The translations under genes were made by a program, and so were the position numbers. The notes under the pieces are model-generated. The model was given only the letters and a program-made list of their open reading frames with translations. It ran no database searches and had not been told where the DNA came from. Positions 19,828 through 27,258 of a DNA stretch of 64,000 nucleotides are shown one piece after another. The stretch's first letter is position 1, and each line of letters opens with the position of its first letter. Source of the stretch: a bacterium (GTDB taxonomy: Bacteria; SZUA-182; DTGQ01; JAFGSM01). The stretch lies in assembly GCA_049472335.1 (NCBI GenBank), contig JBLIRO010000015.1, positions 1-64,000 on the forward strand, in the 5' to 3' direction.

Positions 19828-20772
19828 ATGAATACACGTATATTGATTGTAGATGATGAAGAGACCATAAGGGGGCTGTTGACCCAGGTCCTTACCGAGG
19901 AAGGTCATGAAGTAACGGCAGTGGCAAGCGGAGAGCAGGCCCTTGAGGCTTTCAATAAGCACCATTATCCTGTCGTTATATCGGACATCAGGATGGAAGG
20001 GATAAGCGGCATAGAGCTTCTGAACGAAATAAAGCGGCTCAAGCAGAATACCCAGGTGTTGATGATAACCAGTCATTCATCCATTGAATCGGCGATCTCT
20101 GCTCTTCGGTCAGGTGCGTATGATTATGTTATGAAACCCTTTGAGGACCTTGACGTGATAACAGCGGCTGTAAACCGGGCCATTGAAAAGATATGTTATA
20201 TTAACGAAAATCAGAATTTGGTAGAAAACCTCAAGAAAAACAAAAAGGAACTGGAGCGTCTCAACGAGGTTTTTTGGGATATGGCAGTACGCGACGGCCT
20301 TACAGGTCTGCACAACCATCGCTACTTCAATGAATTCCTTTCAGCAGAACTTTCCCGCTCCATAAGACATAAGCGAAATTTTTCCCTGCTCTTTATTGAT
20401 GTGGATTTTTTCAAGGCTTATAATGACACCCACGGGCATTTGGAGGGCGATATTGTGTTATGCGAGCTGGCACAGATCTTCCAAAAACGGCTCAGGAAAA
20501 TAGACATGATTGCGCGGTACGGGGGTGAAGAGTTTGTTATTCTCCTGCCTGAAGTAAAAAAGGACGGCGCTTTCATAGTAGCGGAAAATATCCGCAAGCT
20601 TGTAGAAGAGCATCCTTTTCGCGGCAGGGAAACACAGCCCTATGGGAGGGTGACGGTGAGCATCGGAGTGGCCACTTTCCCCGGGGATGGCGATAACAGG
20701 GCTTCCCTGATAAAAAGCGCTGATCAGGCCCTTTACAGGGCGAAAAACAACGGCCGAAATGCGGTAAGATAA
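19828..20772 (+). CDS. REC-GGDEF diguanylate cyclase (WspR/PleD-like output)
   Basis: Receiver domain; DGLTGLHN, DVDFFKAYNDTHGHLEGD, RKID I-site, GGEEF, ADQALYRAK. Confidence 0.95.
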   Translation: MNTRILIVDDEETIRGLLTQVLTEEGHEVTAVASGEQALEAFNKHHYPVVISDIRMEGISGIELLNEIKRLKQNTQVLMITSHSSIESAISALRSGAYDYVMKPFEDLDVITAAVNRAIEKICYINENQNLVENLKKNKKELERLNEVFWDMAVRDGLTGLHNHRYFNEFLSAELSRSIRHKRNFSLLFIDVDFFKAYNDTHGHLEGDIVLCELAQIFQKRLRKIDMIARYGGEEFVILLPEVKKDGAFIVAENIRKLVEEHPFRGRETQPYGRVTVSIGVATFPGDGDNRASLIKSADQALYRAKNNGRNAVR

Positions 20773-20867
20773 CTGGGGAGTATTCTTAAAAAGACAAGTT
20801 ATCGATTTCTTTCCAATTAACTATGTGTTTTAGAAGGTTAGAGTATAAAAAATAGTCTTAATATATC

Positions 20868-21947
20868 TCAAATACAGGATTTAGGATTAATAGTTTGTCT
20901 GTCCTTTTCTGATCGCCATATTTCATCCCATTTTTGCTGAGTTTTGGGAAAATGAAGTTTATACGCCGGAAGCACATCCACCATCTCCTTTACCACGGAG
21001 AAACCTTTTATAGCGGTTTCATCATTAATATATTTAAAAAAATGAATTAAATTGAGGATTATAATGTGCATTAATTCATTCTTTTTCATTGATACGATCT
21101 TGTAGTATTGGTCTTTTTCGAGCAGGAACAGCTTGCTGACTTTTCCTTTCATGCAGTCCGGGCATTTCTCTTTCCTCCTGATCTGTCTGAAGGGAGATCT
21201 GTATGTATTGATTTGATCTCCTTCTTTCCTGACTATAACCCCGTCATCAGAAAAGCAGGCATCCGGTCTGCATAAATGTATTATGGTAGATTTGCCCGCC
21301 CCTGAAGACCCAAGAAAAAGGACTGTATAATCATCCTTCTGGGCAGCCGCACCGTGGAGCAACAAACCCCCATGAGAAATCAACTGGTGTGAGAGAACAA
21401 ACATGAGACCATTCATCACACCTATTACCATATGGTATTCTCTCTTCCTGGGCCTCTTAAGAAACCCTATTAATCTGTGTAACCGGCCGGTTTCTTTTTT
21501 TATAAAGAAAAAGGCGATATTTGTTTTTGTGTCAAAGAAATACAGGTTGGATTCAATCCTGGAAAAGATAAGGGCTTGTGGTTTATCGACACGAGAGCTT
21601 ATATGGTTCATAGGACCTTCTTTTGGATTTATATGCTGCAATACCCTAAGAGAGAACTCAACAGATTCCTTTGATTGTCCGTTTGTTGGAAACCTGCTAT
21701 AGATAATGGAAAAAAGATTTCTGAATCTATCCGTATCATATGGGCTCCAGATAAATTTCCTATGATGAGAATAGGTAATAACCTCCACTCTGCAACCAGC
21801 TTCGGAAGAACCGGTGAGATAATCAATCAATTCCTTTTTTGTTATTGCAAATAATCGATGATCGCTCTTTTTAAAAAGGATATGAAATGATTCCAGTCCG
21901 ATTTCGATATCCAGTCTTTTTTCCATCTTAAGCCCATGGGCCCTCAA
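20868..21947 (-). CDS. HPr-kinase-related P-loop protein
   Basis: GLLLHGAA...LFLGSSGAGKST...SDD...SPF motif series. Confidence 0.7.
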   Translation of the reverse strand: MRAHGLKMEKRLDIEIGLESFHILFKKSDHRLFAITKKELIDYLTGSSEAGCRVEVITYSHHRKFIWSPYDTDRFRNLFSIIYSRFPTNGQSKESVEFSLRVLQHINPKEGPMNHISSRVDKPQALIFSRIESNLYFFDTKTNIAFFFIKKETGRLHRLIGFLKRPRKREYHMVIGVMNGLMFVLSHQLISHGGLLLHGAAAQKDDYTVLFLGSSGAGKSTIIHLCRPDACFSDDGVIVRKEGDQINTYRSPFRQIRRKEKCPDCMKGKVSKLFLLEKDQYYKIVSMKKNELMHIIILNLIHFFKYINDETAIKGFSVVKEMVDVLPAYKLHFPKTQQKWDEIWRSEKDRQTINPKSCI

Positions 21948-21981
21948 TCTTTATGGTTTTTTGCAAAAAAGTGCTTTTATA

Positions 21982-22887
21982 TCAATATAATATATGATCC
22001 TGTTTATTACCTTTACTTGCATTTTTTTCTATGAACTCGATGATTTTTCTTGCCACATCCACACCGGTTGCCGTCTCTATCCCTTGTAAACCCGGAGAAG
22101 AGTTTACCTCTATAACCACAGGGCCATGATTTGAACGCAGGATATCTACCCCTGCTACTCTCAATCCTATTGTTTTGGCCGCTCTTATTGCGGTTGATCG
22201 CTCTTCCGGTGTTAATCTGATCTTGGATGCCTTGCCTCCCCTGTGCAAATTGGATCGGAACTCTCCTGCGACACCCTGCCTCCTCATCGCAGCAACCACC
22301 CTGTCTCCGACTATCATACAACGTATATCCATGCCATCGGCTTCTTTTATGTACTCCTGCACCAGGATGTTGGCATCTAATCCTCGAAAGGCTTCAATGA
22401 CGGATTTTGCAGCCTGGTTGGTCTCCGCAAGCACGACTCCGATCCCTTGTGTCCCTTCAAGCAGCTTAATTATAAGGGGAGCGCCGCCAATGATATTAAT
22501 CAATCCATCAATGTCTTTTGTTGAATGAGCAAAACCGGTCACCGGCAATCCGATTCCCTTTCTGGCCAAAAGCTGCAGACATCTTAGCTTGTCGCGGGAA
22601 CGTGAAATCGCCTGGGACCTGTTAGCAGTAAAAACACCCATCATTTCAAACTGACGTACAACAGCGGACCCGTAAAAGGTTTTTGATGCCCCGATGCGTG
22701 GGATAATCGCGTCAAAATTCTCTAAGGTTTTTCCCTGGTAAACAACCAAAGGACGATGCGATGTAATATTCATATAACAGCGAACATAATCGATTATTTT
22801 CATTTCATGCCCCCGCTTCTCACCCGCTTTCTTGATTTGCTGGGTAGAGTAAAGCGAGGGTTTGTGAGATAAAATGGCAATCTTCAT
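21982..22887 (-). CDS. rimK: RimK alpha-L-glutamate ligase (ATP-grasp)
   Basis: [42 protein letters not shown]. Confidence 0.95.
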   Translation of the reverse strand: MKIAILSHKPSLYSTQQIKKAGEKRGHEMKIIDYVRCYMNITSHRPLVVYQGKTLENFDAIIPRIGASKTFYGSAVVRQFEMMGVFTANRSQAISRSRDKLRCLQLLARKGIGLPVTGFAHSTKDIDGLINIIGGAPLIIKLLEGTQGIGVVLAETNQAAKSVIEAFRGLDANILVQEYIKEADGMDIRCMIVGDRVVAAMRRQGVAGEFRSNLHRGGKASKIRLTPEERSTAIRAAKTIGLRVAGVDILRSNHGPVVIEVNSSPGLQGIETATGVDVARKIIEFIEKNASKGNKQDHILY

Positions 22888-22890
22888 GAT

Positions 22891-23367
22891 TTATTTCTTT
22901 CTGGTCTTTCTGGGTATTCCTGGAGGCCACCTGCGGCTCAGAAGAAATGATTTGCCAGGATCCGTCAAAAACCGTTTACGTATGGCCTGACGGCCCAGCA
23001 GCATACGGAATCCCATTACATCCCTGTTTGTTAATGTTAATTCAATAGGCCATTGAAATCCTTTAAGCTTAACGGTTGTTTGGATTACAAATCTCAGCTC
23101 GGAATCCCCCCCTGAATTTCGGACCTTTCGCTCGTCGATGACATATGCCTCAGCCGTGATAGTTTTCGAGCTGTTTTTTTGATACGGATGCACCTTAAAA
23201 TGAACCTTTTGCTTGCCTTCACGAAAGAAGGGTCTGATGTCAAAGGCATGTATCGCTGATGAGCGGGCGCCAGTGTCAATTTTTGACTTGATTGACTTAA
23301 TCCCGAGATCAGGAAGTGATACCCATTCTCGCCAGCCTATAATTGGCAATTGGTCTTTGCTTTTCAT
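22891..23367 (-). CDS. RimK-associated retropepsin-like protease (RimB-like, so-called ATP-dependent Zn protease family)
   Basis: IGWREWV, KIDTGA, MLLGR motifs; directly upstream of rimK. Confidence 0.9.
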   Translation of the reverse strand: MKSKDQLPIIGWREWVSLPDLGIKSIKSKIDTGARSSAIHAFDIRPFFREGKQKVHFKVHPYQKNSSKTITAEAYVIDERKVRNSGGDSELRFVIQTTVKLKGFQWPIELTLTNRDVMGFRMLLGRQAIRKRFLTDPGKSFLLSRRWPPGIPRKTRKK

Positions 23368-23583
23368 TTGAAATTTTTATTTAATTGCGTTAAAATTTTT
23401 ATATTCAGAATAGCCATTTTCTTTTCACCAAAGATTATATTTTTATGTCTTTTATATTAAATAGCACCTGACTTTTTTTATAAATCGTTAGGGAAAAACC
23501 GGATCTTTATTTTGAGAGTATATTTCAAACGAATTGATTTAGTCAATGTACTGATGAAAGGAATCTGAATAATCTTCTTAATA

Positions 23584-23599
23584 TGCCAACGGTATGCCA
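23584..23599 (-). promoter_or_regulatory. Possible sigma54 promoter within an 11-bp tandem repeat
   Basis: Minus strand TGGCATACCGTTGGCA has correct GG/GC spacing; tatgccaacgg occurs twice. Confidence 0.35.
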
Positions 23600-23969
23600 A
23601 CGGCGAATGATTATCCTGACCGCCTTCGATATAGTTTTCCTCCTGCAGTTGTCCTGATTAAATGAAGTTTTTAATATAAAATTATCCTTAATAATTTAAT
23701 AACCTTTTATAAATCCATAAATATTAAAAGCTGTCCGAAAGAGGGAAAAAATAGCCTTTTTTACGTCTATTAATTAAGTTATCCAGTTTCCTGTTTTTTT
23801 CTGTTTCCAGAAATTAAAAATTGGATGAAAGGGGGTGATAGATGAATCATTGATAAAAATGGTTAAATCTTATTTTGGGATAATTTTAAAAGTAAGGAGG
23901 GATATCATAAATAATATTAAATGATTTGAAATCCAAATATTCAAACATAAATGAGCGAGGTAAGAAGTC

Positions 23970-24872
23970 ATGAAACAAAGATTTTTGATAATATTACATG
24001 TCACGATTACCATTGCGATTACGGTTCTCATGCTAATATCAGGATCAGCAGAAGCAGTTACTATGAAATTACAGTCATCCGGTAAATACGCCTTTGTTGA
24101 TTTTTTCAATGACTCGAATGCTCAGATAACCAGTGGCTTTTTACAGGTCTCGGAGGAGATGCTTAAATATGCCCCTGGTTCGCCTGTGCGACCCGGTCCT
24201 ATGGGGTTTCTTACAATCAACATAGACAACTGGGCTGATAATGACGACGATGATGATTACTGCTACGGTTATGACTGTTATAATTATAAATGGGGCACAG
24301 CTACTATCGAGCTGACCAGCTTCGAGGTTTCCGGGAGCCTTACCAGCGTGGCTGCAGAGGGCAAAGGGACCTTGATCTGGGAGCAGCCATACTATTACCC
24401 GTACCCATATACTCCGTATCCAAATGATCCTTACGCACCGTATCCGTATCCAACTGATCCTAACCAGCCAACAATATTACCACCGTATCCGCCGTATCCG
24501 TATCCGTATCCTCCACCAACCGAGGAAGTCACTATCAAAATAACATGGACCGGTGAAAGCGATATAACAACCGGCCATAATAATATCCGATCATCATATG
24601 GTGATATGCGCATGCATATGCATTCATCCGGCACCTTCCGGTATGCTACAGCAACGGGTTTAATAAAAGGTGAGACATTCGAAATCGAAGTGAAACCACC
24701 TCCACCACCAGAGCCATATCCATATCCGTATCCGTATCCATATCCGTATCCATATCCGTATCCATATCCTTATCCTTATCCTGATCCTTATATCTACCCT
24801 GCTCCATATCCATATTCTTATGCCACTATTGGGAAGTCCAGGACAGGATATGTAAACATTTATAAACCTTAA
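23970..24872 (+). CDS. Secreted protein with Pro-Tyr repeat insertions
   Basis: Signal peptide ending AEA; two PY-rich tracts interrupting beta-rich sequence. Confidence 0.8.
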   Translation: MKQRFLIILHVTITIAITVLMLISGSAEAVTMKLQSSGKYAFVDFFNDSNAQITSGFLQVSEEMLKYAPGSPVRPGPMGFLTINIDNWADNDDDDDYCYGYDCYNYKWGTATIELTSFEVSGSLTSVAAEGKGTLIWEQPYYYPYPYTPYPNDPYAPYPYPTDPNQPTILPPYPPYPYPYPPPTEEVTIKITWTGESDITTGHNNIRSSYGDMRMHMHSSGTFRYATATGLIKGETFEIEVKPPPPPEPYPYPYPYPYPYPYPYPYPYPYPDPYIYPAPYPYSYATIGKSRTGYVNIYKP

Positions 24873-24889
24873 GTCGAATTTCTCTTATC

Positions 24890-24921
24890 GCTGTCCCTGC
24901 TCTTCCAAGAGCGGGGACAGC
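24890..24921. terminator. GC-rich hairpin, probable terminator
   Basis: gctgtccctgctctt-cc-aagagcggggacagc just after the stop codon; no clear U tract. Confidence 0.6.
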
Positions 24922-24979
24922 AAGACACACTATAGGCTTTATAGAATTTTAAATCATTTTCATTGGTAAGCAATTAATC

Positions 24980-25047
24980 CTCTGTGTCACCTCCGTGACC
25001 TCTATGCTTAAAAAAATATTACCACAGAGGGCACAGAGATCACGGAG
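24980..25047. repeat. REP-like CACAGAG/CTCTGTG inverted repeat
   Basis: ctccgtgacctctatgc pairs with gcacagagatcacggag (2 mismatches); reiterated cacagag/ctctgtg units. Confidence 0.6.
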
Positions 25048-25177
25048 TATTGTAAATAAAAGACATTCCTGTATTCACCAGAATTCAGAAACTGAAAGCC
25101 GGCATTGTTTCCATTTCAAACAAAATTAATCGGTAAAACTTGATTCATTTGTTAAGTTTTTGGTCCAGAAAAGACAA

Positions 25178-26944
25178 CTAGTTTGGAGCAACCTTATTTT
25201 TGGCCACTTTCATGCAAATCAGATAGGCCTCTCCATTTTTAATATTGAACTTAATCCCCGAGGGCCTCCCAAAATAATAGGAAGTTGTTTCATAGATACC
25301 CATTTCACTGTTAAATCTGGTGATACTGGCTATCTCATCCGAAAAACCCAGATATGAGAGCAGGTTGTATGAGGTATATCCTGCGGGTATGCACGGGATG
25401 GATATGATGTTAAAGCCTTCTTTACATGAAATGCCGGGATCTGTAATTATTCCGGCAAAGGAAACCTGCTTTGCGTTTTTCATGTTGACAATGTATCCCT
25501 CCCCGCCTGAAATATTAAATTTATTTCCGCGGATGGCCCCGTTTGGGTCGTAAGCTGTAATCTCATAGTTTCTTGAATTAGGATTATATCTTTGAATATT
25601 GCCAACATCATTGCTCTCTCCCAGCACCTCAATTAACTCATATGATGTATACCCTTGTATTACTTTCACAGGGTGGCCAAAGATATTTAATCCTCCGGAT
25701 AGAAAGATCTTTATTCCAGTCATGGTAAAGGCGTTGTTGAGGATTGTCTGTCCACTGTCAGGATTTGTTATATATATGCTGTAAGTATCAATGTTAAGGC
25801 CGGCCGGGATAGTTACTTTGATGGTTTCCGAATTTATGTAGATTACACTTGTAAGATTTCTAAGGATTTCTATAACCTGAATCCCTGAAGACTTGTCAGC
25901 CACAAAGGCATATTCACCCTGGATATAAATCCCACTGGCAGAGCCTGGGGTGTCGCATGAGTAAGCGAAAGATGGGTGTAAAGGATCGCTGATGTCTATT
26001 ATTTGAAGCCCTGATAAACCATCAGCAACATAAGCATAAGAGCCCTGGATATAGACCTTGCTGGCAGTGCCCGATGTATCATATACGCTGAGTTTGGACG
26101 GCTTTCCGGGGTTGGTTATATCTAATAGAATAAGCCCCTTATACCCATCAGCGATATAAGCATATGTGCCCTGGACATAGATACCATTTGCAGGGTCTGG
26201 TGTGGAGAATTTACCGGCAAGGGACAGGTTTGCAGGATTGCTTATGTTTATAACCTGAAGTCCTGATGAGCCGTCAGCGACAAAAGCATATGAGCCCTGG
26301 ACATAAACATCAATGGCAGAGCCTGGGGTGTTATATGAGTCAACAAAGGATGGTTTTGCAGGGTTGCTTATATTTATAACCCGAAGCCCTTCAGATTCAT
26401 CAGCGACAAAAGCATATGAGCCCTGAACATGGACTCCTCTGGCGGACCCCGGGGTATTGTATGAGCCGATGATAGATGGCTTTGCTGGATTGCTTACGTT
26501 TATTATCTGAAGTCCTGAAGAGCCATAAGCCACATAAGCATAAGTTCCCTGGACATAAACATCATAGGCATTGAAAGCACCTTGTATATAACATTCGCCA
26601 ATTAGGGACGGGTTTGCAGGATTGCTTATATCTATAACCTGAAGCCCTGATAATCCATCAGCCACATAGGCATATAAGCCCTGAATATAAATGTTATTGG
26701 CAGAGTATGGTGTGTCACGTTCACCTATTATAGAGATCCCCCCTCCAAAAAGAGAAACTTTTGGCACAGGTTGGAAACCTGCCCCATTGATGGTGACCAG
26801 GGTTGATGAAGCAGTGCATCCTGTGTTCGGATCAATTGAGTGAATTTCCGGGGATATTGCTTCCAAAAAGGGTGAAGAGTTGAAACAGAAGAGACTGGAA
26901 AGTATTAAGATCAGGCATACCAGGGAAAAATCTTTTTTAGGCAT
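25178..26944 (-). CDS. Secreted LVIVD beta-propeller protein with split IPT/TIG domain and duplicated C-terminal domain
   Basis: 7 repeats of QGxYAxVAxxxxGLxxIxIxxP; PEIHSIDPNTG..VTINGAGF; C-terminal GLNIF..GEGY / GFNII..GEAY duplication. Confidence 0.85.
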   Translation of the reverse strand: MPKKDFSLVCLILILSSLFCFNSSPFLEAISPEIHSIDPNTGCTASSTLVTINGAGFQPVPKVSLFGGGISIIGERDTPYSANNIYIQGLYAYVADGLSGLQVIDISNPANPSLIGECYIQGAFNAYDVYVQGTYAYVAYGSSGLQIINVSNPAKPSIIGSYNTPGSARGVHVQGSYAFVADESEGLRVINISNPAKPSFVDSYNTPGSAIDVYVQGSYAFVADGSSGLQVINISNPANLSLAGKFSTPDPANGIYVQGTYAYIADGYKGLILLDITNPGKPSKLSVYDTSGTASKVYIQGSYAYVADGLSGLQIIDISDPLHPSFAYSCDTPGSASGIYIQGEYAFVADKSSGIQVIEILRNLTSVIYINSETIKVTIPAGLNIDTYSIYITNPDSGQTILNNAFTMTGIKIFLSGGLNIFGHPVKVIQGYTSYELIEVLGESNDVGNIQRYNPNSRNYEITAYDPNGAIRGNKFNISGGEGYIVNMKNAKQVSFAGIITDPGISCKEGFNIISIPCIPAGYTSYNLLSYLGFSDEIASITRFNSEMGIYETTSYYFGRPSGIKFNIKNGEAYLICMKVAKNKVAPN

Positions 26945-27258
26945 TTTTATACTTCTTTCTAATTGATTCCTCTATTTTATAAAGGGATTCACTATCTTAC
27001 AATCTCCAATGAAAATACAAGAAATGTCTTCTGCCGGCTTTGATCACCACCTTTCATATTCTATGTAAGACTAAGTAATTAAAAGGGATTTAAAACTTAG
27101 GACCCTCTTTTATTTTTTCTAAAAATTACGGTGTTCCCTCATCTTTCATCTAGTAATAAAAAAATTTAATATCTGCTTTAAATTTGCCCTATATTAAAAT
27201 ATAACAGGCTAAATTATATTTAGCAATAGAAAAGGTTTGAGTATTTTTATGGTGATTT

